A stretch of DNA of 64,000 nucleotides. It comes from Camelus dromedarius. Lineage: Eukaryota. A model generated the notes under the pieces. It searched no databases. It worked only from the letters and a program-made list of their open reading frames with translations, and had not been told where the DNA came from. Both the position numbers and the translations under genes were made by a program. Every line of letters begins with the position of its first letter. The stretch's first letter is position 1. Where the stretch lies: the NCBI RefSeq assembly GCF_036321535.1, contig NC_087436.1, forward strand, positions 113,214,001 through 113,278,000, written 5' to 3'. Shown here one piece after another: positions 37,323 through 49,770 of this stretch.

Positions 37323-39889
37323 TTATTTAAGTTACTGAATTCATTAACTTCATTTCTGGTTAGGTATTTTATATTTTCTAGTTCCTTGTTAAATTTTTTA
37401 CTATGTTTATCATTCTTTTTCCTAATTCAGTTAACATTTTATTACCAGTGCTTTGGATTCTTCATCTAGTAAATTGTTTAATCTGTGTTTCATTATTTTT
37501 TCAAGGATTTTTCTCTTGCTCTTTCCATTGAGAGAAATTCCTCTGCTTTTTCATTTTGCTTGACTTTCTCTGTCTCTGTGAATTTAGGTGAAACATTTAC
37601 ACACTGTGGTCTTGAAGGGGTGTTCGTATGGGGGAGCATCCCTATGTGGACTGCCTTTGGGAGAAGAGCTGGATTTGGTGTGGACACAAGTCACATCTCT
37701 CCTCAGGGGGTGCTGGCAGCTGTCCCCTTAGTAGGGTGTGGGGCTGGAAGTGGAGGGGCTAGAGCTGGAGCCCATGTGAAGGGAGACTTCCCCTCTGCTC
37801 CATAGTCATATCCACACTACTGGTGGTGGGCTCAGATCCTAAGTTGCTAGAGTGGAAGCCCTGAAGGTTGAGCCTGAGGCGGCTCTGTTCCCATTAAGTG
37901 TGTGTTTTCCCCTCTCCCAGCACTGGGGCCCTTGTCACGGAGGTGGGAGTACTGAGGCAAGGAGGACCCTTGTGGGCGCTCAGGTCACGCTGGCTGCAGA
38001 CAGAGCCCTGAGCTGCCCCAGTGCTCTGCCTGGGCAGCATCTGCTGCAGGTGTTTCTTTCACAGCATCGCATGGGGGTCCCTTCTCTCCTTCACAGCCTG
38101 TCACCACTCCTGCCCTGTTCTGAGTCTCACTGAGGGGCAGGTGAAGCTGGCGTGGATTCTCAGCCTGTACTGGGGGTGGGAGGTGAGCTGTGGTGAATTG
38201 GCTCTTGCTGCTCACTCCCCAGGGTGCCGCTCTGCCCATATAGTTTCCTTTCCCTCTGAGTCCCTCCCAGGGGCAAGGTCCTGACTCGATCACTTTTCTT
38301 TCCTTCCTTCCCAATTACGTGTGGCTCTTCCTTGCAGCTTTGGTTGTATGAGAGCCGTTCTGCCATCTTCCACTTGTTCCAGTTGTGGAGAAATGTTGCA
38401 CAAGTAGATTTGTTTTTGATGTATTCGTGGGGGGAGGTGAACTCCACATCCTCTTACTCTGCTATCTTGATCAATCCCCCTACAGATGACCAATAATTAT
38501 AGACTTTAACTGGTGAGTTCTGATGGTATATACTTTAAACTTCAGTGTCATTCATTAGATCAACACACATTTTAAAATGTCTACTATGAGGCAATTGAGA
38601 ATGTTGAAATAAATTTACTAGTCAGGATTCAAAGGGCAATAATCAATTGCATGCCACTGGGCACAATTCGTTTGTGTTTCTCTGGACAAGAATGATCTAC
38701 ATTATTATCGTTTTTCTATGGTTTAAAGAGTGATAAAATAGTTCAAAGACAATGAAAGGCAGAGGGAATCCAGAAGGGTATATTAGACTAAACACTCAAG
38801 AATATTTTCTGCCTATATCAAAGTCTCTCACAACTTTTCCTGAAAAATATTGTATTAATACACGACTGGAAAAATGCAGTATACAGATACTAAGATAATG
38901 GAGATAAGACAGTTGAGAAACAGCAGAATTCATCCATCTATAAGATGGGTTTTAGAGGAGAAGGTGTACCGGGCTGAGGAATTGTCCTATAGAAGCAGGA
39001 AGAAGTATGAGTGATGCCAATAGCGTATATTGTGAGTCAGCTTAAGTGGAGAGCCTGCCTGGGGTCATACAAAGAGGTCACTAGAGATCACAGGTATCTT
39101 TCTCAACCTGAACCTGCAGGTCAGCCCAAACCTCCCAGGCAGCAGCAAATGCAAGCCGGAGCATCTTCCAGTCTAGGTGCTGAGGTTTTCCAGGTGCTCC
39201 TGGCTCTCTAAGAAGAGCCGCCCTAGACAAAGACCTTTCCCATCACTGGATCTAAATTGTGTTCCTCTGTCTCCCCACTTTGCACTGTCTGCCTCTTGAA
39301 TTGACTCTAATCAGTTTTCATGGGGAGCGAGCTGCAATCAGCTGCCATGTTAAGCATCCTGTTTCCTATCCTTTTACCTGCTTCAATCTGCATGACAACC
39401 CTATGAAATAAGTGCTATTATTCCAATTCTGCAGGTGAAAAATGAAAGTCTTGGGAAGGTTATGAGATTCCACCCAGGTTACACAGCAAGAAAAGGAAGG
39501 AGAAAATAAAGGAGACTGATTTCAAACTCAGGGTTCTCTGATTCCATTGTCCATGTTCTCATTTTAAAGCCATTTTAATTTTTGTCATAACTATGCATAT
39601 ACAAAGTTTAGGAATCAAATTACTCTTTTGTCTCTACCTCTGTGTCTCTAAAGAAACCACTTATATTGTCCGTTGTTGATCTGTTTTCATCTTCAGCCTC
39701 TCATTTCCAATTACTGGATACAAGTATTTAATTCTCTTCCCAGCCCCTGCCTCTGCTGTCATTACATTTCTCCTATCCTGTCATTACAATTCTATCACAG
39801 TTTTGCTTACAAACTAATACTAGTATTCATGGCTATTTTACAATGACTGTGTAAACTCTGTTGACAGTTAAGCCACGGACTAGACCATA

Positions 39890-42400
39890 ATGCTATTGTA
39901 AATAATATCTTCCCTTGGATTTTATTTTCTATTTGTTGTTGGTAATTAGAAATATAATTGATTTCATTCTACTGACCATATATCCAGCAATCTTGCTATA
40001 TTACATTATTAATTTCCACAGCTTACGTGTAGTTCCTTTGGCTTTTCTGCGTATCTTTGGAAAACGGTCATTTTTCCCTTGCTTTCTAATAGTTACTACT
40101 TTTTTTCCCTTAAAGGAACATGACTGATATGTAATGCATATATAATAAAATGAATGACTTTTAAGTGTACAATTCAGTGAACTTTGACAAATGTGTCTCC
40201 CCAGGAAGCTGTTACAAGAAGATACAGAAACCTTCCCTGTGCCCTTTGCTGGACAGTAACACCCCACATCGTTAAACACAGGAAACCATTGATCTTATTA
40301 CATTTTTCTTTTCTAGAACTTTCTAGGTTTATACCCCTTTTCAGGTATGATGTTGGTTTTTTTAACCTTCTCTCTGTCTGTCCTGTTGTTCTTGCCAGGG
40401 TTTTATCAATCGTATTAGTCTTTTCAAATAACAAATTTTGGACATTGTTTATTCTCTCTGTTGTAGGTTTGTTTTTTATTTCGTAGATTTCTGATCTTTG
40501 TCCTTCCCTTCTTTGAATTTCGTTTACTGTTTTTTTTTTTCCAACTTCTTCAGATTGATGCTTAGATCAATCTGAATTTAGATCAATCTGAAATTAGGTC
40601 AATCAATTTTTAACCTGTTCTCTTTTTCTAATAGGCCATAAATTACCCTCTAAACACAGTTTACTTACATTCTAGAAATTTTGATATATTGTATTTTTAT
40701 TATCCCTAACTTTAAGATATTTTAAAATCTTCATTGTGATTTCTTCTTTGACTTAGGAGTTAATTCAAAAGAATACTTCCTTATTTCCAAATATAAGATT
40801 AATTTCCAGATTAATTCTACTATAGTCAGACTATATTCTGATGATTTCAATCTTTGAAATTTTTTTTAGGTTTGCTTTATTTTAAACTATCGTTAAATAC
40901 TCCATGTGTATGCTTGACATCACGTGTTATTATTTGCAGTTTTCTGGGTAAGTAAATTAGATTGGTGGTTTATCATGCTGTCAGATCGTTTACATTTGTA
41001 CTGCTTTTTGTGTACTTGTTCTAGCCGTTATTACTGAGAGAGCCTTAGCAATATCCGCCATTTTGATTCTGATTTGCATATTTTTCTGTTTAGTTCTGTT
41101 TATTATTACTACTTTAGATATCTTGAGGCCATTTATTAGTTACATGTTTGTTTATAAATACTATTATCTTCCTGGTGAATAAAACTTTTATCTCATAAAA
41201 TGGACCTCTTTTAATTCAGTAATTTCTTGCCTTAAAGTCTACTGGTTTCTACCAGTTATTTTCTTTTTAAATCCAATTTATTGAGGTATAATTTCATACA
41301 ATAAACTCACCCTTTATAAGTATACAATTTAATTAATTTTGACCGATGTATATAGCTATGTAAGCACTACTGTGATGAAGGCAGAGTATTTCCATCACTC
41401 CACAATGTTCCTTCTTGCCTCTTTGGAGTCAATCCCAACTAAACACTTGTCCCAACATATTACTTTTTCTCTCCTTTACTACCTTCTTTCAAAAAAATTA
41501 TTCTAATATTATACTCTATTAACATGTTATTGTAATTTACTTGCTGTATTACACTATACATATTATACATATTATAATTGTTATATAAAACACACACAAT
41601 GAGTTTTAGGAAAGAATGCAATAAACTAGTGACGTATTCTTTATTGGTTACTCTGAGCTTTACAGTATGTTTTTATAACTTATAAAATCCAGTATAAATT
41701 CTTGTTTTTATCATATTCCAGTCCATACAAGGATGATGGACCCCTTAAACTGCATTTACCTACTCCTGGGGGGAGGGTATAGCTCAAGTGGTAGAGCGCA
41801 TGCTTAGCATGCATGAGGTCCTGGGTCCAATCCCCAGTGCCTCCTCTAAAAATAAATAAATACCTACTCCTGACACTTCTGTTATTGTTATTGGGTATTT
41901 AAATTCTCCATAAGAATTGTTATTTAATATAGCTAATATTCACTGAGATTTAAACATACTAATTGCTTTTCTTTCCATATATCTTTGAACTTTGATTTGT
42001 GACATTTTCCTTCTCTTTGGTATTCCTTTTAGTCTGTTGGTGACAATTCTCTCCAGTTTTGTCTGTAAGTGTCTTTATTTTTGTTTTTGAAGGGTATTTT
42101 CCCTGGGTACAAGTGTTTGAGTCGGCGGTAATTTTCTCTATCACTTTGAGGACGTCATACTGTATTTTGGCTTCTATTGTTTCTGGTGAGAGTCAGTTGA
42201 TTTTAGATCTGTTCCCTTTTGTGATATTTTCTTGTTTCACTTGGTTTTCATCATTTCTATTTTGATACTAAGATTGGGATATATAGTGTTTATTTTAAAC
42301 CTGTGGCTAAACATTTTCCATAATTTTGAAATCTATTTTTAGCCATCAAGTCTTCACATATTGCTTTGGTCCCATTTTTCTTTCCACCAATATTTTAAAA
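39890..42400 (-). mobile_element. Cluster of ancient L1M fragments (ORF2 5' part, ORF1, nested 3' ends)
   Basis: ORF 40174..40434 begins LFEKTNTIDKTLAR (compare [14 protein letters not shown] in ORF2). Nested L1M 3' tips at ~40120-40330 and ~41270-41450. Confidence 0.7.
41769..41860 (+). mobile_element. tRNA-Ala-derived SINE (camelid type)
   Basis: GGGAGGGTATAGCTCAAGTGGTAGAGCGCATGCTTAGCATGCATGAGGTCCTGGGTCCAATCCCC plus AAAAATAAATAAA. Exact TSD TACCTACTCCTG at 41757-41768 / 41861-41872. Confidence 0.94.
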
Positions 42401-42715
42401 TGAGTCTGTCCTGCATCTAATATGGCAGCAAATGTTTACTTTGACTTACCTTGTTATTAAGTCTTTCCAAAGCATTACTCAAGTTCTTATGAGGAAAAAA
42501 AGTAGGTATTAAAAGCAGTTGCATCTTAATTCCACCTGTAACCTTAATTTTCCTTTGTCATGTAATCTAGCATTTTCATAGGTTTTGGGGATGTGGGTGT
42601 GTGAAACTTTGGGAAACCATTATTCTGCCTACTACAGAGCTCATATTTGTTTTACCTGGATTTACATTCTATTAGGCAAATTATATAATTGCCAGTGTAA
42701 ATCAGGATTGGGAGC

Positions 42716-43150
42716 TGTTATGGACTGAATGTTTGTGTCCAAATCATCCCCTTCCCACACCATCAAATTCACATGTTGGAGCCCTACTTCCTAGTGCATC
42801 TTTATTTGGAGACAGGGCTTCTAAAGAAATAATTATGGTTAAATGAGATCATAAGAGGGGGCTCTTGATCTGATAGCATTAATGTCCTTAGAAGAAGAGA
42901 CATCAGACAGCTTGAGCATTCTCTCTCCTTCTCTCCCTTTCCATGTGCCCACAAAGAAGAGGTCATGCGAACACACAGCAAGATGGTGGCTGCCTACAAG
43001 CCAGGAGGAGAGACCTCATCAGAAACCAGATTAGAAACCAAATTGCCTCAATCTTGGAACTTCAAACCTCCAGAACTGTGAGAAAATACATTTCCGTTGG
43101 TTAAGTCATTCAGTCTATCGTATTTTGTATGACAGCCAGAGCTAAGTCAG
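42716..43150 (+). mobile_element. MaLR LTR (MLT1A/B-like)
   Basis: TGTTATGGACTGAATGTTTGTGTCC...CCTCCAGAACTGTGAGAAAATACATTTC...GCTAAG. Confidence 0.85.
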
Positions 43151-44489
43151 GACCAAACACCTCTGACTCTTGGTCAGTTAAAAACTAAATGGCAGGAACA
43201 GAAATACACATAGCGAGTCATCTATATCCAGATAGGGAACATTCAACACACTCCAGCATCACTTGGTATCTTTTAAAAAGAAAATGAAAAGCAAGACTTA
43301 AGCCAGTGAGTTGGTAAAGAGGAAGTTGGATTAAGAGAGCTTCTGTTGTAAATTTGTTTTTTTCTCTTCCATTTAACTTTTATTAAACTTCTTTTAAATT
43401 AATTATGTGGAACCCCAAATCCACACATACAATTAAATTGCAAACAAATGCATTGGGTGTGTGTATGGGCATTTTTTTGGTGAAGGTGTCTATGGCTTTG
43501 ATTGCATCTGAAAAGGTTTTGACCCAGAAAAGATTAATCCTTTCTATATAGTTGCCCTCTGTGTTTGTTCTTTGAGTTCAGGCCACTTCCACTATTAAAC
43601 TGTACATCCTGGAGACGCAGCAGGAACTCTGTGTCAACCAGATTTTCCAACCAGCCCATAGCACTTACCATGATGACTGGTACTTAGTTTGTGCTCAGTG
43701 AATATTAACTTATTGTTTTAAGTTGGACTGTTGCTTCCAGGAGTTGAAGAGTTGCAGAGTTAATGATTTAACCAGATTGTTTTAGTTTCAGTCACTTTAT
43801 TTCAAAAAAGCTAAAGATGTTTATAATGACATACCACTCACAGAGCTTCTTGCCAATGGTATGTCTTCATCCTTTAAGAGGAAGAAAACCTAACTCATTT
43901 TTTAAACTTGTTTTGGAATTTTTAAGAGGTTTTCCAGGACTCTGTGGTCAGACTGTATCCATGTCTCCAATTGTAGTATGCTGTATAGCCCCAGAGTTGG
44001 CACCAATGCATTGTTGAAAATATTATCAGTGGTAAGGGACCTACTGCTGAGAAGTTTATTAACACAAATGAGGGGCCCGAGGAGGAACTCTTGGTAAGAA
44101 GTTTACTGATTACAAGCCTCCTCTGTCTAGAAATTTAAATAGTCTGGCCATTTAGATTCATTAGACTTGTGACTTAAACCCCTGAAATGCTTTCCTGTTA
44201 CAGCAAGGGAAGGGTTTCTGGATTTTGCTTCTCCAGTGAGTTCCCGTTGGAGCTGAGGAACACGCAGTGTGTTTGTAATTACTGCATGGTTGGGGGCTTG
44301 CTTCTTATGTGTGTGTTTGAGTAGTGCAGGGTGATACCCCATCTCCTCGGTCTTGGAGGAGCCTCACTTTTTTCCTTCTTCAGTGCTGAGAATTCCAGAA
44401 TTATCACCCAAGAACTAAGTGGAACCTTAGGGGTCGTCTCATCCTGCCTCCCACCTACTGCAGGAGTTTCTTCCACCACAGTGTATCTC

Positions 44490-44910
44490 AAAGATTCTTA
44501 AACTGCAAATTGTGTAAGAAATAAATTTTACATGTTTTAGATCAAACATGTTCATATGCATACACACACACACCTCTGAAAAAAGATTTTCAGGAAACAA
44601 TACTTACCCTTACCATGTACAATATGTACCATCAATTCAACCTTATTCTAATTTCTTCTATTGTATTCCATTGTGTTCTTCTATTGTATTGTATTCTAAT
44701 TTCATCTATTGTATTCTGTATTGTTTTGAATTTTGATTTCTTCTATTATGTATGATCAGAATATATGATCTGAATATGTATATTATATACATATACACAC
44801 ATGTAAGATATACGATGTATAAGATATAATATATGTCAGTGCTGGTTGGGTACCTATTAAATTGATTCATGGCTCACTAATGTGTTGCAATCTGCAGTCT
44901 GAAAACATGA
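44490..44910. mobile_element. hAT/Charlie-like DNA transposon fossil with internal (TATTG/TATTC)n
   Basis: GAAACAATACTTACCCTTAC...AAATTGATTCATGGCTCACTAATG...GCAGTCTGAAAACA. Confidence 0.5.
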
Positions 44911-45714
44911 AACTACAGAATTACTGGCAGGTGTTTGGTCATCTCGTCTTCATTTGAACTGTTCTAGCATGGAGAGGTCAATACTCCAGGAGCAGAATTC
45001 ATAAGTGCAATACCCTTTGAACAACCGTTTTTTAGTAGTGCCTACTTAGATCTGGCACTGGTCTAGGCAGTCTGTGTCTTCAAGAAATATTCCCTCTAAA
45101 TCAGGCATAGCCTGAATCTCCTGGTGTGGAGAGCCGTGTGGCCAAGAAGACTGGCAGGATTCTCTAACACAGTTAGGGCTCTTCCTTGTTCTGTGTAACT
45201 TTGGGATCCTAGGGTGCTGCTACTCTCAGTTGAAACTTCGTTTTTCTAATGTAACAGTCCCTTCAACTATGTGGCCAATCTGGTTGAATAAATGTTAGGG
45301 GAGTGGATGACATGGTCAAGTGCCCATTTACCACATTATCAATTTAGTTACTATATACATTTATTTATGAAACATGTTAACATACACACAATATTTTCCA
45401 ATTTGAACAATAGTACCTAAAATGATATATTAAACATTTTTTCTCCTATTGCATTTCATGAAACAGCTTCATTCAGCCCTCTAGATGCCTCCTTGATGTC
45501 TCTTTTCAGTCATGTCTAGGTCCCCTTTCTGGATTCTCTAAGGATGTCCAGACCACGCCAGCTCCATTCCCACACAAGTTATTTGGGATTCAAAGCTTTT
45601 TGGGTCCACAATGCTGTTCCTGTACATTTTATTCCAAGCAGTTAATACCCATTTGCATTATTTTTCTTTGCTTATTCGTATGTAATATTGATAGGGTAAC
45701 CACTTACTAAGTTG

Positions 45715-46078
45715 TTTTTGTAACAACTTCATGGAAATATAATTCACATAACATGTAATTCATCTGTTTAAAGTGCACAATTCAATGGCTTTAGTATAGT
45801 CAAAGAGTTGCGACCGTGTCCGCAATCAATTTTAGCATTTTTCCTCACCCCAAGAGGACACTCAGTATCCGCTATTAGTCACTCCACAACTCTTCCAGAC
45901 CCCCTGGCCTGGGCGAGCACCATTTACTTTCTCTCTCCACAGATTTACCTGTTCTGGATACTTCATATAAATGTAATTATATAATATGTTTCTTTGTGAC
46001 TGGCTTCTTTCACTTAGATTATGTTTTCAAAGTTCATCCAAGTTACAGCCTGTAACAGTGTTTTATTTCTTTTCATTT
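45715..46078 (-). mobile_element. Old L1 (L1MB-like) 3' end
   Basis: AACAACTTCATGGAAATATAATTCACATAACATG...GACTGGCTTCTTTCACTTAG. Confidence 0.75.
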
Positions 46079-47842
46079 AAATTCGTTTTTAAAGTCATCT
46101 TTAATTGGTTTGTTTAAAACGATAACCTGTGCTTCCATCTGGAAAACCATACCCTCTCCCCAGAAATGATGACTAAATCCATGTCAAATTCCTTTTCCTC
46201 CTTTAAAAAATCCAGTGCCGCCAGGTGACCTCCATCACTTTGAAAATCAGCATTAATTGAGTACAAGGCAGACTAATGTATCTTGACAAATAGTTCTGCT
46301 TTGTTCCAAATAAAGTAATGAAAAGAACTCCTGTAAAATGAGAGCCCTTGGATGCCCTTGAAAGTACGGCTTCCTTTGTTCTGAGGAATAATTTGGGGAA
46401 AAATCTGCATATCTTTAGATATACATAGTATTTAGCAGAAATCAAAGGGGTTGTATGATCTTAAAGTCAACAAGGTAATAGAAAGTCACATTTCTTGAAT
46501 GTTAAATAAAAGCCAGCTCCTGTGCTTGGCACTCCCTATATTTTAACTGACTTAATCGTCACAAGACCCTATGAAGCAGGAAATATTTTCTTCATTTTAT
46601 AAATAAGGAAACTGAGTGTTCGGTAGGGAAGCCTCCAGTTCCACTTGCCTGACCGTTTCCTGCACATTACGTCTGGTCTCCTCTCCCTCTTTCTCATTTC
46701 ACACAGTGCCCATTCCATCCACCATGAGGTCCAGTCAAGAGTTCCATGTCTCCAGAACTGTGCTTTATGGCGTTCAAGGGCCCTGTGGCAGAGTCAGTGA
46801 GGCTTGTCAAGTATCCCACGTGCTCTGCTACATGTCCCAGCCCTACTCGTAGTTATAACAGAGCCATATTACTTATTCTGTCCAAATTGTTGTGAATGTA
46901 AGTGTCACTTCTGGTTGGAAGCAGTAAGGGACGATACAAACTTCCAAATACCCCTTATTGCTGAAAGGACATAATCATAACATGGTGGTGATTCCTTAGG
47001 GCTGGGTTCTTGAGAGTCTCTGGGGAACAGAGTCTCCCCCAGCAAGCTGTACTGGACGTGTGGCATGCAAGAAAAACTAGTGTGTGTGTGTACATCATGA
47101 CTTTCATGTTTAATTTGTTACCAAAGCATGACCTACTCTACCTGGACTCATACATGTATTAGACTTTATTTCCTTTGAGTTTAACCAACTTTTATTGAGA
47201 ACCTGCTGGGTGGGCTAATGATACTGATGACTTCCTAAGCATTGTGGTCTTGGCGTGTGTACCCAGTAGCCCTCATTCCCCCAAGCTGGACTCTGAACCA
47301 AATGAGAAATAACCGTAAAAGAGTCATTAGACAGGGGTCACTATATCACTTTAAAAAACTAAACTGATAAAGCTGATATCGAAAATCAGAAATTGAGATC
47401 CAGAGACCACCACCTCCAGAATTAGGAAGGCTGACCTCTCTAGCCACCGAAGCATTTTTGACATAAAGAAAAAATTGCTTGCTGCAGACAGCTCTCTCTT
47501 ATGAGAAACCAAAGAACATGGAGCTGAACCACCTATGCCCAATTTCCCCTTTTAACCTCCAATCAGAAAAGTCACTTCGTTTTTCTAGGGGAGGAGAGGA
47601 CAGAAGTGCTGTAAGAGTTCCCTCCACGTGGAAAGAAACGTCAAGAATGAGGAGGAAACGCTCTCCCTAACAGCTGCGTCCTTTTGAACAGTGGGTCCAG
47701 CACCTGGTACACAGTCAGCTGTCAGTAAACGTAAATGCTGCTGTTGTTTGCAGGACACCGTGGCAGGTGCTGGGACCACAGGACTGAAGGACACAGACCC
47801 TCCTCTTGAGATGCTTCCACCCTGGCAAAGGGAAGAGCTAGC

Positions 47843-48188
47843 ACTACGGACTAAAGGGTTGTGTCCCCATCAGACCCATATCTTGAAGGCCTAGTTCCCA
47901 ACATGACGGTATTTGGAAATGAGGCTCTTGGGATATAATTAGGCTGTGAGGGTGGAGCTCTCATGATGGAATTAACGCCCCTATATGCAGAGATATAAAA
48001 GAACTTGAAGACAAAGCAAGATCATGACTGCAAACCAGCCGGAGGGTTCTCACCAGACACTGGGCCTGCCAGCACCTAGATCTTGGGCATCCCAGGCTCC
48101 AGAACTGCAAGAAATAAATGCTTGCTGTTTAAACCACCCAGTGGATGGTATTTTTTTTTTTTTTTATAGCAGCCTGGACTAAGAGACA
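47843..48188 (+). mobile_element. MaLR LTR (MLT1A/B-like)
   Basis: CTACGGACTAAAGGGTTGTGTCCCC...CTCCAGAACTGCAAGAAATAAATG...ATAGCAGCCTGGACTAAGA. Confidence 0.8.
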
Positions 48189-48199
48189 GATGAGGAGGA

Positions 48200-49260
48200 A
48201 TCACAATACAAGCAACTGCTAAGTACAGGACAAGTGACCAAGGTTCCAAGGGAGCAGCAAGGAAGGACCTTTGGGTCTGATTGATGCCTAAACAATGCCT
48301 GAGCTGTCTTCAGAAATTAGTAGGAAACTGACAAAGAAGGAGAGAAACTGTATCCTATAAAAAGAGAAACATGGGGAAAATGTGCAGGAGGTTTAAAACA
48401 GTTCCATTTATGGGGAACGGCACTGGCCATAGGGTGTAGGGTGAGGATTAGGGTTAGAAGGGTCAGAATATGTTGAGAAATGAGGCTTGAGGAGTGAGGC
48501 AGAGGCTAGATCTTAAAGACCTTTGAGATATTTTAGATAAGAGTGTGACATGGTTAAATCTCTCCTTTGGCATCCTAAGAACAAAATATATCAAAGAGGA
48601 GATGGCATTGGATAGGAGTTTATATATATATATGGCAAGAGAAGTTAAATCTTGGTATAGAATTTGGAATTCAAAGTTTGTAGATTGGATTTAAAGCCAC
48701 TGGATAGGTGGGATCCTTGAGGGAGAGAATAGACTGAGAAGGGAAGGGGCCTTTGGAAGTGCCCTGGAGCATTTCAAGCCTTTGGGAAGAAATCAACAAA
48801 GAAAACTGAAAAGGCAGGATAGTTAGATGGTTGGAAGACCTGGAGGATGTGAGAACGTGGACACCAGAAGCCGGTGTTATACGACAAGGCAGGGTCAGCT
48901 CCACTGGATGCTCCTCCCGAGTCAAGCACCACAAGGAGAAAGAAGTGACCCAGAATTTAGCAACACAGGGGTCACTGCTGGCTTTGACAAGAGCAGTCTC
49001 GGATGGCTGGGAAGGATGCTTCACTGAAATGCACTGAAAAGAAAAGATATGGTGGCAAGAGGATTGAGGGACTGGACATAGCTCTTTCGGGGAGTTTTGC
49101 TGTGAAGAGGAGAAGGTAAGTGGGCAGTGGTTGAAGAAGATGTGCAGTCAAGAAAGATTATTTTATCTTTAAAACTGGTAGCAATTTGGATTATTTGTGT
49201 GCTGACAGGGGTGCTGCAGTGTAGCTCTCCATGGATACTTGTTGAGCAATTGAATGAGAA
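48200..49260 (-). mobile_element. LINE-2 fossil
   Basis: Purine-rich degenerate L2 antisense, e.g. GGATTTAAAGCCA and GAATTTAGCAACACAGGGGTCACTGCTGGCTTTGACAAGAGCAG. Confidence 0.65.
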
Positions 49261-49534
49261 TAGAGATTTAAAGATTAAATGAGGAGGGGGCACAAACACA
49301 GCAGAACTACTCAGGATAAAGTAGAGGGAAAAAGTCCATTTGTTTTTTCCCCATCTCAAACTCCCCCTCCCCCTCCCCAGTGGCCCCCAAAACATGACTG
49401 TGGATCCTAAGGCTCTGCAGTTGAGTTGGGGGAAAGTGATGTATCTAAAGATAGTGGAGAATAACAACAATAATAAAGGTGATGATGATGATGATGATGT
49501 GACGGTAATTGTGGCGATGTCAATACTAATAGAC

Positions 49535-49770
49535 ATTTATTGAGCACTTACTGAATGCCAAGTCACAGTGTAATAACCGAGCATGCCTAATTTTACCTGT
49601 TTCTCAAAACAAGGCTTATGAGGTTGGTACCACTCTTGCTCCTGTTTACAGGTGAGATTATTGAAACTTAGATATGGGAAATAACTTGCTCCAGACCACA
49701 AAGCTAATAGTAATGAGCAGAGCTAGGGTTCAAGCCCCCAATTCCTCCAATTCCACATCCTCTCACTCCT
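49535..49770 (-). mobile_element. MIR (representative; further MIRs near 1920, 2880, 3270, 7630, 13490, 14220, 30070, 30580, 31570, 39380, 55600, 57085, 62160)
   Basis: CATTTATTGAGCACTTACT...TTTACAGGTGAG...GAAACTTAG...TAACTTGCTCCAGACCACAAAGCTA core. Confidence 0.7.

Larger units (their letters stand above)
35745..38480 (-). mobile_element. Older LINE-1 with 5'UTR, ORF1 and 3' end but large internal deletion
   Basis: 3'UTR and ORF2 C-terminus at 35745-36785 ([10 protein letters not shown]...[16 protein letters not shown]). ORF1-like DNA at ~36790-37600 matches 24240-25060 of the young L1. 5' end GGGGGATTGATCAAGATAGCAGAGTAAG at 38480. Confidence 0.85.

Noticed and set aside
41769..41845. tRNA-Ala(AGC)-like gene with a perfect anticodon stem
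   Set aside because: It has an A-rich tail, an exact TSD, an altered B box (GGTCCAA) and two relatives in the window, so it is a SINE.
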